A DNA stretch of 64,000 nucleotides, taken from sequence record NZ_CP041325.1; one strand, given 5' to 3'. This DNA is from a plasmid. The translations under genes were made by a program, and so were the position numbers. This document shows positions 24,708 through 36,791 of the stretch, in pieces; position 1 is the first letter of the stretch; each line of letters begins with the position of its first letter. The notes below the pieces were generated by a model, which made no database searches, was not told where the DNA came from, and saw only the letters and a program-made list of their open reading frames with translations.

Positions 24708-24871
24708 GGGAAAAGCCGTTCTAAAGATCCTTTTACCAGTTAAAGTGTTAAGGAAAAGGAGACGCAGCCGATATAAAGAAAGATAAAACGAAAATGCTCA
24801 AACGAAAATAACGGGAATGCCCATTGCCCGTAAGGTGTGAAAGAGGCGTGTTGAGAAAAGGAAGGTCCTTC

Positions 24872-25920
24872 ATGGTTTTGGATAACAAAAGAAAAGAACA
24901 AATCAAGAAGAAAGGAGAAGGCGTGGTCAATCGAATCTGACTCTTGTGCTTCTGCTGTTTTGCTGGTTCTATGCCTCGTGCTCGGCTATTACTTTATAAA
25001 GAATGAAAATCAGAAACAAAATAGGGTGGATGTGGCATCTTCTATTGAAACAGACAAGGAGAATGTTTACTTTGAACTTTTGGAATCATCAAATGAAACC
25101 GCTGATGGACAGGCCGGTGAAGCAGCCAATTCGGAAAGACCTATAGGTCCGCGATTCAGAGATGAATTCCAGCCCACTATGGAAAGCCTGTTCCAGGATA
25201 GAGAACTGATTAGAGCAAACATTGAAAGATATTTTATAGACAGAAGACACCCAAAAGAAATAGATCCGATGCATACAACCGATGGAAAAGATGTACTGTA
25301 CATTTATCACTCCCATAGCCGAGAAGCGTTCTTGACGTATTTAAAAACACTGAAAAGCCGGAAGAAGCCTATCACGCGACAGCAAACGTCACGTTGATCG
25401 GAAAGATGCTGGGAGAAGCGATGGAACGTCGTGGAATCGGGACGCAAGTAGACGCTTCAGACATTGGAGAAGAACTCGATGCCAGAGGATTGACTTATGG
25501 CAGTTCTTATCCGGTATCACGGGAACACGTCCAGGCTGCCCAAAAGAAAACCGCAATCTGGAAGTTTTCTTGGATATCCACCGGGATTCTTTGCGAAAAG
25601 ATTCCACAACAACAGAAATTAAAGGAAATGCGTTTGCGCAATTGCTGTTTGTCGTTGGAACAGGCCACGCAGAGTTTGAAAAGAACCTGTCGTTCACAGC
25701 CGGTTTACATCAAAAGATCGAAGAGAGATACCCCGGCCTGTCCAAAGGAATATTGGAAAAAGACAGCAGCCAAGGAAACGGGGTTTATAATCAAGACCTT
25801 GCGCCTCAATCGGTGATTATTGAAGTTGGTGGAGTGGACAATACGGCGGAAGAAATCAGCCGGACCATTGAAGCGTTTGCCGAAGTACTTAGTGATTATT
25901 ATTGGCACGGTGAAAGATAA
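24872..25920 (+). CDS. spoIIP: stage II sporulation protein P (SpoIIP) homolog, about 3 frameshifts
   Basis: VLYIYHSHSREAF, NVTLIGKMLGEAMERRGIGTQVD, DIHRDS, AQLLFVVGT, NGVYNQDL, IEVGGVDNT. Confidence 0.7.
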
Positions 25921-26040
25921 ATCGGATTTTTCAGTTTCTGTATTACAATGCTTTCGGAAAGAAAGGACTGGAGATTGAGCTTTTACTCTTCCTTTTGTAT
26001 GTGTTGAGATTGCCAATAATGTTGACACAGCTACAATTAA

Positions 26041-26078
26041 AACAGGCAGCCCGATTTATTCTGGCTGCCTGTTTACGC
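26041..26078. terminator. bidirectional terminator
   Basis: AACAGGCAGCC-loop-GGCTGCCTGTT. Confidence 0.6.
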
Positions 26079-26516
26079 TCTTTCAAAATCATCATTCAAT
26101 TGATTGGCAGCAGACACAACTGCTAATTTTTGACGGCTACATAAAAACAATTTCAGAGCCGCCCAGCTTATCAACAGAAAGCCACTTGATAGCGCTGTGA
26201 CATATCCTATAAACAGTTTGCTTTCTTTATTTTGCAACTGTTTATACTCCTTATAAGTGATTTCTCCTGCAGCATAACGTAAACCAATCTCATTTGGTTC
26301 TATTCCGAAGCGCGCGCCTTCTTTATCTTCTAAAATGACGCGGCTAACTAAGGGGACGTCTTTTCCGTTCGCAAGGTCTTCTAAAGCCCCATTCTTAAAT
26401 TCCGTGCTTTTTCCGTTAATGAAATCAAGCCTGATTGGTTTGTAGATAGAATTCTTTCTGATTTTTTCGCTCATAATATATGCCTGACGTTCAATTTCAT
26501 TATGGGAAATGCACAT
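26073..26516 (-). CDS. hypothetical membrane protein with SHOCT-like motif
   Basis: AAGEITYKEYKQL. C-terminal TM. Confidence 0.35.
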   Translation of the reverse strand: MCISHNEIERQAYIMSEKIRKNSIYKPIRLDFINGKSTEFKNGALEDLANGKDVPLVSRVILEDKEGARFGIEPNEIGLRYAAGEITYKEYKQLQNKESKLFIGYVTALSSGFLLISWAALKLFLCSRQKLAVVSAANQLNDDFERA

Positions 26517-27015
26517 ACTTCCACCTCCTGCTTTGTATATTCCAGTGAAAGGCCCTCTGGCTTTAAAACTTGATTTAAAATTCTTTAATTACCTCATTAT
26601 CTATGCTTGAAGTGGAATTTTTCCATCTCGCGAAGTCTAGTCAGAGGCAAGGTCTATAATTACTTTAGTTTTACCACGTTTCCTATTGCTTATCAATTTA
26701 AGTTGTTTAATGGAAGTATATACTCATTATGTGATGGAATAGAGGGATTCCGACAGATGCTAAATTAGTTTACATATCATGAGTTTTATCGGAAGTTGCA
26801 TAAATAGAAAAGGAGAGAAGAGGCCAAACAAAGCACATCTTGTCTCCTTTTCCATTTGATATAGTGTACTTTTACAAACGGTTTCTTCACCTTAGAAATA
26901 TTTGAAAAATTTTTATAGAACTTTCAATTTAAAGGTGCTTTCAAACTTTAATATTTATTTTACGAAAACAAAAGTACTTCCAACTATATGGAAGTCCTTC
27001 GGATGTTACAAATGA

Positions 27016-27213
27016 CTAATTAAGCTTCAAGATATCCTCAATTAAAAATTTAAATTTTGAAAAAGTGAAACTGTTAGAATTAGTGTAAGCAATGTACCTG
27101 CGGAAGTTAAAGTAATTAATTTTTGTTGCTCTGAGTTTTTCAGGTTTTGAAAACTCTTGTATTGCTACGAACCATATAACAATAGATATTAAGGCAATAA
27201 TTCCAATACTCAT
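27016..27213 (-). CDS. small hydrophobic peptide (type I toxin/holin-like candidate)
   Basis: Strong RBS AAAGGAGAG. N-term TM MSIGIIALISIVIWFVAI then charged tail. Confidence 0.3.
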   Translation of the reverse strand: MSIGIIALISIVIWFVAIQEFSKPEKLRATKINYFNFRRYIAYTNSNSFTFSKFKFLIEDILKLN

Positions 27214-27536
27214 ATCAAACTCTCCTTTCTTATATTAATTTGAATAAGAGATGTTACTATTTAAGAAATTAGATAACTTGATTGTATCATATAGTTCCTT
27301 ATTTGGCAGAGAATTCCTTATTACTATAAGTTCGTTTATAGTAACTTGATTATTTTATTAAAAGAAAAGATAGTTTTAGTACGTTGATAGATTTCAAGTT
27401 TTTGTTTACATATGAAGGCTTATCGGAAGTCATAAATAAAGAAAAGGGAGATGCTGGCTGAACTGAACCCCAAATGGTAAACACTTAAAAAGTGACCCCA
27501 TTTGGGTTCGGTTCAATACCTAAGCCGCTCCCCATT

Positions 27537-28649
27537 TTATTCTTTTCTTTTATTGCTGGAATCCATTCTCTTTAAAACGGAACGCTGCTCTTCCTGGCTA
27601 ACGTTCATGTACAGTGAGGTGGTTTCGATACTATTATGGCCGAGCTGATCACGTAAAGCGGGAAGGGAGCCGCCTTCGTCCAGAAAGCCTTTCGAAAAGG
27701 AATGGCGAAGTTTGTGAGGGCTAAGACGTTTGCCGTCCATAAATGCTTCCGAATACTTCTTCACAAGCTTTTCGATGCTCTCAACCGTAATCGGATTGGC
27801 TTTTCCACGGTATTTCGTCAAAAGACAAACTGATTCTTTTATCAGGCTTATAGAGCCAGTCCCGCTCTTCTAAATACTCTTTTAAGTCCTGCATAGCCGT
27901 TTCAGTCACGCTTATGGTATCAAGCTGGTTGCCTTTGCGGAGGGCGGTAATGTCACCATGGACCGTATCAATATCCGCCAACAACAGTCCTGCCACTTCA
28001 TTAACCCGGGCGCCAGAACCCTGTAAAAGCGAAATGATGGCAATGTCGCGCAACCGATTATGCTCGAAACGTGCTGCTGCACGAGATTCAAGAGTATTCA
28101 CGTAATCGCGTTTTACAAAGTTAAGAAAATCAGTCATTTGCTTGCCGCTGTACATGCTGGCACTGATCCGTTTGGAGCGGAAGGCCGTTGATTCCTGCTT
28201 TTTCGGTGTTTTGATTTTAGCCATTACGTTCCGATAAAAATAACACTCGCCATCATCACTTTCGCTTTCCTGCGTCAAGTAATTAAAAGCGACTTCAACG
28301 ATTGAATGAAGCGGTTTGTGCTATCTGCCGATCGCTTAACAAAGACGCCTTCATTTTTCTCGATTTTCTCTTCCATCAGCATTTCAATGAACAACTCAAT
28401 GTCTTTCTTCTGAAGCTTCTCCAGGACGGTGTAAGGCACGTCTTTGGTCGTTTCTGCAGTTGCTAATCCTTCTTGCCGCAGCCAGTCGAAGAAGCGCTTG
28501 TAATCATGCAGGTAACCGCTCAAAGTAAGGGAAGAGTAGGATGCCCGCTTTTTAGAACGGATGTATTCCACAACATAAAAGGGCATATCTTGAATAGCTT
28601 GCTCGATGTGCTGTTCGGCTAAAATGGTTTTTCGCGTTGGTGCAGGCAT
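27537..28649 (-). CDS. tyrosine site-specific recombinase/integrase, two frameshifts
   Basis: C-term HKLRHSF...LGHNSIETTSLYMNV (R-H-R-Y motifs). Confidence 0.75.
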
Positions 28650-28688
28650 AAAATTCTCCTTACATGTTTAAAGATACTAGAAAAGGAA

Positions 28689-28955
28689 TTATAGCTGGTC
28701 AACTAAATCGTTGATCGCTTCTTTGGCTAACTTCATTGCCGTTACATTGCTTCTAATTTCGGGATGGGAGTACTCTTGGTAGACCTTAACTTCATGGGCG
28801 TAATTAACGGCTCTTAATGTGATCAAGGTAGTCAAGTCTGAAAAATCAACATCGTCGTTCCAGCCTTGAACTTCAGTTTCAACAAACTCGAATCCATCTT
28901 CAGTAACTCCGAAACCATATGAATCGTCTAACTCGATAAATTTCCATTCTTTCAT
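28689..28955 (-). CDS. hypothetical acidic protein (88 aa)
   Basis: Intact ORF. Confidence 0.3.
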   Translation of the reverse strand: MKEWKFIELDDSYGFGVTEDGFEFVETEVQGWNDDVDFSDLTTLITLRAVNYAHEVKVYQEYSHPEIRSNVTAMKLAKEAINDLVDQL

Positions 28956-29045
28956 TTGAAATTCCTACTTTCTTGGTTTAATGGTCAAAGTTGATCAAAT
29001 TTTACGCTAAATATAATTTTAGCGAAAACTTATGTGGCATACTTT

Positions 29046-29775
29046 TTACTCATCTTGGTACATAAATACGGTAACACCTACACTAAACAAGGAAGTACTT
29101 GTAATTAGAACTTCGTAAGTATGGCCGCTATATTTATAGACGTTTTTATCGCCCACTTTTAAACCACTAAAGGTTTCTTCAACTTCATTATTTGCGCTAA
29201 CAGTCATATCGATAAGGTAAGAATCAGTGTCATTATTTATATTGACGATTGATACATTCAAATCATTAAAGAATACGGCCGAGTCCTGTTTATCAATGGT
29301 TGTTTCAGCAGGTTCTGAAACAAGTTTAATTTCCCCAGAGGAATGCTTGTTTTGTAAAACAGAAAGAGAGTCGAAACTTTTTGGAGTTCCTCTAATTTTC
29401 CTTGTGTTTCTTCAAGTTCTTCTTTTAAATCTTTGTTCTGATCATCAGATTCTATTCGAAGATTTTTCTCGTAGTCTTTCTGATTCTCTAACCTTTTAAT
29501 GATTGCTGGCTGCTGTTGCTCCGTTTTCTCTACTCCGTAGTTTACTCCAATTTCAAATACAGCATAAATAGCTGCTACAGCGGCAAACGTTGCTAAGATT
29601 ACTTTACCTATATATTTAAAGGTTGGGGGTATATTAGCTAGTATTTCTTTTTAGCATCACTTTTCTCAGGGGCGGTACTTTTGTTTTTCTCGTAGGCATT
29701 GCTGTTACGTTGCGTAGCTTTCCTGTGGAAGTCTTTCTCTTCCAAATATTATTTTTCTCTTCATTTTTACTCATT
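29046..29775 (-). CDS. hypothetical membrane-anchored coiled-coil protein, frameshifted
   Basis: N-terminal TM. Coiled-coil EELEETQGKLEELQK. Confidence 0.3.
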
Positions 29776-29950
29776 CCACTACCTCACCACTTCAAATGTT
29801 TTAGCCCACTTCTGGATATTCAATAATTTTACCATATCTGGTTATGCTAATTTTTTCTCAAGTTTTTACTTTTAACAAAGAATAAGTTTTACCAGGAACA
29901 TTGTGATGATTTTGTCACCCATCGAAGTGCTCATAATCAAACTCCCTCAT

Positions 29951-30468
29951 TTAAGTAGATTCTTGATATTCTCGGCTGCTCCACTTTCCGCAATTCATCA
30001 TTCCTAGAAATATGAATGGGATTTGCTTTTGTGTAACTATGCCATACACTTCCAAACTAATGGATTCCAACTGTGAAAAGTCCAGGGAAGAATCGGCACT
30101 AAACTGATTCAGTCTGGTCATATAATCTTGTATCGACAAATCAAACCAATACGTTGACCCTTTTTCAGTGAATCTATTACCTCGAAGGGTGACTTGAATA
30201 CTTCGATCAATCTTTCTAAAGATAATTGTATCATGTTTAAATTTGGGAGCGGCAAGCAGTTCATAATTTTTTCTTCCTACATACCTTTAACGATAAAAGA
30301 GGGGAGACAGTGTTTTTGTGTAACTGCCTCACATGTACCTGAAAATAAATGCTCTGCAAGAGCAGCAGCTTGTGACAGGGTTTCACTTGTTAGATGGCGG
30401 TAGTAAACACGTGCTGGATCACTAGAGTATAGTCCTTCATTAGTTTGTTCAGTATTGTTCATTTTCAC
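29951..30468 (-). CDS. hypothetical protein, one frameshift
   Basis: Two adjacent ORFs in consecutive frames. Confidence 0.25.
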
Positions 30469-31821
30469 ACGATATGCTCTCCCGATAAAACTCCTTTCAA
30501 CTGTAGTGGTAGCAAGGAAGTGTAATCTGAGCTGAATTAAAAGGGCTTTCCAATCGAAAGAAAGCCCATTAGATATTATTTTAAGTCTGCTTTTTCATCT
30601 TTCAGGTGTACGCTGAATTGTTCTTCAGATAGGCTTAGCATTAGATTTGTACTAACAACAAATAGTTTTGCTTTTCCACGAGAAATCTTGCCGATTACGA
30701 CCGATTGGATGCCTAATTTAGTTCTGACGTATCCGCAATTTCCTTCAACCATCAATTTTCTTGCTTTGCAGACTCTGAACGCTTATTTCGGGCCTCTTCA
30801 AATGTGGCAGTCGATTTTTTAAAGAAGCTCCGCGGTGCTTGAACCATTTTTCCATTTTGATACATAACATTAATGGTTTTTTATTAATTTTGGGTTACAA
30901 TACCGAGCAAATTCTCTTGGTTTTCAACAACTTGACCTGTCTGAACTGTCTTGAAAGTTAAAGATTCTGCAGGCGAACAGCTGTAAGTTTGAAGATTCGG
31001 CAGTCCACCAGTCTGCAAAAGCTTTCTTGGCATTCTTTAATAATTCCGCATCGGTAGCACCTGAAACTTGGAAAGATACTGAAGCAAGGTTAAGCGTTAC
31101 AGTTTGAAGCGTTTTTTCTTTTGTCATTTGAAATTCCCTATCTATGTTAGTTTATTTTAAACTAAATTAGAATTTAGCGTAAAGTTAAAATTCAAGCTGG
31201 AACTATGAATTCTCCTCTCTCCCTCATTCTCAAATAGCTTTTGTATTTATTCGTTAAATAGGTATTTTGCGAACAAATAAAAGTTCAGATAGAAAGATAA
31301 CCGATATACATAGTTATCTTCCCTTCCGCTACACTTTCCAACTTTCCGATAAGCCCTTAGCATGTTTATCTGTTGTGGCTGCCCCCATGGCGATTCCTGA
31401 ATTTTATCTTTTCAGTAGACAGCTACATTCTTCTAAAATTCACTTAGAATCTGCGTTGCCCAGTAATAGAACCAGCCCAATCCTGCAGACACAATTCCAA
31501 TCCGCACCATGAAAAAAGGCATTCTCATAACCTTTAGCATTCCGCCTACCAGCAAAGGAAGCAATAGACAATCTGCCGCCAATATCCCCATAAACAACGC
31601 CATTCGGTCAATGACACTCGTATCTACTTGAGAAAAATCTATTTGCATCTTTTTTCATGCCTCCCGCTTATTTCTAACGGTAGGCGCATTCCATTTGTTT
31701 AGCTATCTTTGTGTTGAGATTACGGTGTTTTGTAGCGTTTTGGTAAGGATGAATGAATATTTTTAAGCCTTGCAAAAACTATTCGGTCTATAGTTCAAGA
31801 GAGCTTCGACTCTCTTTTTTC

Positions 31822-32130
31822 TTAATGAACGATATGCGTGCTGCCGTCTTCCATAATTTGAATCGGCTGATAACTATTCATGAATTCCATTCCTACATAG
31901 CCATTAGTATTTAAATCCGATGCCCCTTTTATATAGGCCTCTTCATCTGTAATTAACCGATAGAAGAAGCAAATCCCATCTCCGATCTCTGAAGACTCTT
32001 CAAAGACGAATTTCTCTCCATACTTCTCTTCAAAATAATCTCTCGCTTCTTCATGGCTTTTGAATATTGGCAATTCGGCTTCTTCCTGTCTATTAATCCC
32101 CTGCATTTTCATCATTTTTTCACCCCTCAA
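31822..32130 (-). CDS. hypothetical protein (102 aa)
   Basis: Intact ORF. Confidence 0.3.
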   Translation of the reverse strand: MRGEKMMKMQGINRQEEAELPIFKSHEEARDYFEEKYGEKFVFEESSEIGDGICFFYRLITDEEAYIKGASDLNTNGYVGMEFMNSYQPIQIMEDGSTHIVH

Positions 32131-32481
32131 AATTTGAGTTTATTTTATAAATTGATTCGAAGATACGGCCACTTCATTGAGCAGTTTTCCTGTTCTACTA
32201 CTATTTTATCTCAATTGTTAAATCAAATCACTCTCAGATTGTAAGTGTGCAATTTTTCGCACTTACGAAAGAGGATACCGATTAACGCAGGTCTTCTCTC
32301 TTTTGAATTCAACCAACTTCTGAGAAGCCTCATCTGTAAACTTAAAAAATAATTTAAATTTCAAAAAATCAGATATTTTAATTGCATTTCTCATAAATTC
32401 GTCATATAGTTTCACAAAGGAAACATTCTATCTTAAAGGAAACTTGTTGAGGGTCTTCCAGACTGAAAAGGAGGAATGTAT

Positions 32482-33765
32482 CATGTTAGAGGTGAAAGCC
32501 AAACCGGTGGAGTCCGAGTACAAATCGTTCGAGGAAATCACCGCTTACCGGAGGCAGCATCACAAAGTACTGGTTTTTCTTGGACCTGCTTTCATTGCCG
32601 GCGTCGCTTACATCGATCCGGGGAATTTTGCCACGAACATCACGGCGGGTTCGAAATACGGCTATCTCTTGCTGTGGGTCGTACTGGTATCCAATTTAAT
32701 GGCCATTCTTATTCAATCTTTATCAGCTAAACTAGGCATTGCTACCGGATTGAATCTTCCGGAAGTGTCGCGGGAAAATCTGCCCAAACCGGTATCTTTC
32801 GGTCTATGGATTCAAGGCGAACTGGTCGTCATGGCAACTGATCTGGCCGAATTTATCGGAGCGGCTTTGGGGTTATATCTCTTGTTTGGCATTCCGTTGT
32901 TTCCAGCAGCATTGATCGCTGCTGTCGGTTCTTTGCCATTCTGGAGTTGCAGCGAAGAGGGGTGCGCCAGCTGGAAGCCGGGATTGCGGGAATGGTACTG
33001 ATTGTGGTCCTCGCTTTTGGGCTGCAGATGGTTTTTGCGCAGCCGGAACCGTCTTCGATTTTCAAGGGGCTGTTCACACCTCAATTCCAAGGCGTGGATA
33101 GTGTCATGTTGGCCGCCGGTATCCTCGGGGCCACTGTTATGCCGCATGCTATCTACCTGCATTCCGCTCTAACGCAAAAACGCGTCATCGGGAAAACGGA
33201 AATCGAACGGAAACAGATTTTCCGCTATGAATTTTTTGATGTGTTGATTGCCATGATCATTGCAGGCGCAGTAAACGCCAGTATGCTGATTGTTGCGGCT
33301 TCCCTTTTCTTCGGCAATGGCCTGCTCGTTGAAGACTTGGATGTAGCTTTCACTCAATTTGGCGAGATCATCGGCCCGTTTTCCGCCATCTTGTTTGGGG
33401 TTGCCTTGCTGGCGTCCGGATTGGCGAGTTCTTCCGTTGGGACAAAAACCGGCGACATCATCATGCAGGGGTATATCAAACGCCGAATCCCGCTTTATGT
33501 GAGAAGAGCCATTACGATGATTCCGCCGCTGGCCATTATCGCGTTGGGCGTCAATCCGACAGCTGCGCTGGTGTTAAGCCAAGTCATCCTGTCTTTCGGC
33601 ATCCCGTTCGCCTTGGTTCCCCTGATCATTTTCACCAGTAACCGAAAAATCATGGGTAGCTTGGTGAACCATTGGCTAACAAAGTTCCTTGCTTGGGCCA
33701 TTGCCTCAGTCATCATTGTCTTGAATCTGTTCCTGCTGTACCAAACGCTCCAGGTGCTATTTTAA
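32482..33765 (+). CDS. mntH: NRAMP-family divalent metal (Mn2+/Fe2+) transporter MntH, one frameshift ~32940
   Basis: GPAFIAGVAYIDPGNFATNI (DPGN motif), MPHAIYLHS. RBS AAAGGAGG. Confidence 0.8.
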
Positions 33766-34283
33766 GAAGAACTTCCGTTACTAGAAGCAAAAGAGTAATC
33801 CTTTGTCATCCTTTGTATGGGGAAGGAATTTTCATCAATATGCCATAAAGATGAATTGATTTTAAACAAACCTGTACTACAGTTAAACTTGGGTATGTCC
33901 TGTATCAGTTTGCAAAGCTTTTGCTGGTATCTCTTCTGATGCAGTTGCCTTGATGAATGTTTCAATAGTTCATCATGAAAAGAGGAGGTAACAACATGAC
34001 GGGGAAAGAAAAAACGACCAAAAGGATTGGTCTTCTACTATTGGGTTTCTCTTTTATAGCGGAGCCCTACTCATTTGGTCCATATACGATTTCATAGCAG
34101 CGGATCAGATTGGCTGGCAAATGCCCATTCTCTTTATTGGATTGGCACTTTTTCTCTGGTTGAAGGTATACAAGCATCAAAAGAGCGTGAAGGCGTCTCT
34201 GGCAGCCAGACATTAAAGAATATGGATTCAATAAAAAGCGCTTCACACTCGAAAATGTGAAGCGCTTTTGCATATTCTTATGA

Positions 34284-34820
34284 TTAAATAGGTTTGATCT
34301 GTTCCATGTAGCTTTGGATGTCTTCTTCCGACATTTCCCCGGTGATGATCTTTTCGATGTTGCCTTCTGCATTCACCAGAAGTGTCGTCGGCAGCGGGAT
34401 GATGTTATAAGCTTCCATGACACTCTTGTTCTTATCAATGACAATCGGGAACGTCAAATCACGCTGTTCGGCATATTGCTTCACTTCAAAATCCGATTGC
34501 GCGATGTTGACGGCCAAAATCTGGACCCCCTGGTCCTTGTAGACCTGGTACTGCCTTTCCATCAGCGGAAATTCCTTTTCGCACGGTTTGCACCACGTTC
34601 CCCAGAAATTGACGAATACCCCCTGCCCTTTATAGTCAGACAGCTGATGCTCTTCCCCGTTCAAATCCGTCAACTTAAAATCCGGTGCCGGATCTCCCAC
34701 CTGGAGCACTTCCCGGTTCTCTTTGGTGGCATTGTTGTAGAGTGTAAACCCGATTGCCCCGGCGAGAACCAGCAAGATGGCGGTTCTCATGAAAAAGCGG
34801 TTCTTCTTCTTTGTCGCCAA
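34284..34820 (-). CDS. TlpA/ResA-like membrane-anchored thiol-disulfide oxidoreductase
   Basis: WGTWCKPCEKEFP active site. N-terminal TM. Confidence 0.8.
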   Translation of the reverse strand: MATKKKNRFFMRTAILLVLAGAIGFTLYNNATKENREVLQVGDPAPDFKLTDLNGEEHQLSDYKGQGVFVNFWGTWCKPCEKEFPLMERQYQVYKDQGVQILAVNIAQSDFEVKQYAEQRDLTFPIVIDKNKSVMEAYNIIPLPTTLLVNAEGNIEKIITGEMSEEDIQSYMEQIKPI

Positions 34821-34862
34821 GCCACATTCCTCCCTTTCTTTTCATCTATTCCCTCTGTACGG

Positions 34863-35573
34863 TCAGAATCCTGTGAATCCGCCCGTGAACTGCGACAGGT
34901 ATGCGATGACATTCGTCATCATATCAAAATACAGCATGACGCCCATGAGGACCATCAAGCCCCCGCCAATCGACATGAACTGGGCACTCCGTTTTTTTCA
35001 GGAAGGTCATCTTCTCGATGAAGAACGACATCAAGAGGAACGGAATCGCAAAGCCCAAAACATAAAACAGCATATACAAGAGCCCTCGGCTCGGATCGGC
35101 GATGCCCATCGCCATGACCGCAGCGAGGATAGGGCCGGTGCACGGCGTCCATCCGGCGGCGAAACCCAGTCCGATTACCACGGAGCCCGTATAGCCCGAA
35201 GGCCGCTTCTGAAAATGGACTTTCTTATCCGAAAGCAGGAAATCGAATTTCAGGACGCCGGTCAGCACCAAGCCGAAAAACACCATCAAGATGGCGCCCA
35301 GCTGGCGCAGCAGGTCGGCGTTCTCAAAAAAGAAAAGCACCGATAAACGAAGTTGATAAGCCAAGCGCCAGAAAAATGATGGAAAATCCGAATAAAAACA
35401 GCACGGTATGAATCAGCGCACTCTTTTTTCATCGCGCCTTTCCCCGTTTTCAGCTCATTGACCGAGACACCTGTGATGTAGGACAAAAAAGCCGGATACA
35501 GTGGAAGCGCGCAAGGCGACAGGAACGATAACAGCCCGGCGCCGAACGCCAGCACTAAACTTACTTCTGCCAT
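34863..35573 (-). CDS. ccdA: CcdA/DsbD-family thiol-disulfide transporter, frameshifted
   Basis: [18 protein letters not shown] and ...[10 protein letters not shown]. Confidence 0.7.
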
Positions 35574-35636
35574 AGAAAGAACTCCTTTTGAATGACGCTC
35601 ATTTATTTACGTCATCCTATTGTAGAATACGGTATA

Positions 35637-36077
35637 TTAATTGTTTTTTTTCTTCACAATCAACAGCACCATCGCAATCGTAATCATCAGAAAAGCAATG
35701 AGCGCAAGGAACGGAATGGTGATGAACCCCAGCCAGTTGATGTACTCCGCGCTGCAGGGAACCCCACTCACACAGGGACGGATGCCGCCGAATCCTGGAA
35801 TTTTCTGTTCCATGTAGTGCATGGCCGAGATGCTGCCGCCGATAAGGGTCAACGGCAGGACGTAACGGGCAATCTTCCAATCGTTCTGGAATGTTGCGAT
35901 CCCTAAAATCACTACGAGGGGATACATGAAGATTCGTTGGAACCAGCACAGGTCACATGGAATGAAGCCTTTGATTTCACTGAAGTACAGGCTGCCGAGC
36001 GTTGCCAATAATGAAACGAACCAGGCTCCATAAAGCCAAAAACCACTCTTGTCAGATTGCTTGTGGGTCTCTTCCAT
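35637..36077 (-). CDS. bdbC: BdbC/DsbB-family disulfide bond formation protein
   Basis: IPCDLCWFQR. Four TM helices. Confidence 0.75.
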   Translation of the reverse strand: MEETHKQSDKSGFWLYGAWFVSLLATLGSLYFSEIKGFIPCDLCWFQRIFMYPLVVILGIATFQNDWKIARYVLPLTLIGGSISAMHYMEQKIPGFGGIRPCVSGVPCSAEYINWLGFITIPFLALIAFLMITIAMVLLIVKKKNN

Positions 36078-36760
36078 CAGTTTGCCTCCGCTAATGCTTC
36101 ATCGATGAGCGCTTTGATGGCGTCGTAATCAAACGGATCTTCCAGAGTCTGGCCATTGACGACGATTGTTGGCGTCATCGACACGTCGTGCTCCTCTACC
36201 AACGCCTTGTCCGCTTCCACTTTATCCATCGTCTCTTGCTTTTCCATGTCCGCTTTCAGCTTTTCTGGATCAATGGCTGGGAATTGAGAAGCCACTTCCA
36301 AGGTTTTTTCCGGCGTCAGCCAAGCCCCATCGTGATTTTCAGTCGGCTGTTCCGCAAATAAGGCTTTGTGGAAATCCCAGTAGGATTCCGGGTTTTGTTC
36401 ATAGACCGCTTCGGCTGCCAATGAGCCCACAACCGATTCATTGCCGTGGAACAGGACATTGATATAGGCGAATTTCACATCGCCCGTGTCGACATAGTCT
36501 GCCACCAGCTGCGGGTACACCATTTCTCCCCACGCTTTACAAGAAGGGCACTTGAAGTCCCCGAATTCCACGATTGTGACTGGTGCATCGCTTTCGCCAA
36601 GCGTCGGTTGGCCCGTGATGTCCACTTTTGCGGTTTCCACGGACGAGGCACTTTGCTGGTTCGTCAAGACCACGATGGCTGCGAGAACCGCGACTGCTGC
36701 CAATGTCAGGATTACCGCTAGCTTCATCCCCGATTGTTTCTTCTTATTTTTCTGATTCAT
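36077..36760 (-). CDS. bdbD: BdbD/DsbA-like thiol-disulfide oxidoreductase
   Basis: FGDFKCPSCKAWGE active site. Signal/anchor. Confidence 0.75.
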   Translation of the reverse strand: MNQKNKKKQSGMKLAVILTLAAVAVLAAIVVLTNQQSASSVETAKVDITGQPTLGESDAPVTIVEFGDFKCPSCKAWGEMVYPQLVADYVDTGDVKFAYINVLFHGNESVVGSLAAEAVYEQNPESYWDFHKALFAEQPTENHDGAWLTPEKTLEVASQFPAIDPEKLKADMEKQETMDKVEADKALVEEHDVSMTPTIVVNGQTLEDPFDYDAIKALIDEALAEAN

Positions 36761-36791
36761 AAAATCCCTCTTTTCTATGGTGATCTATTGA

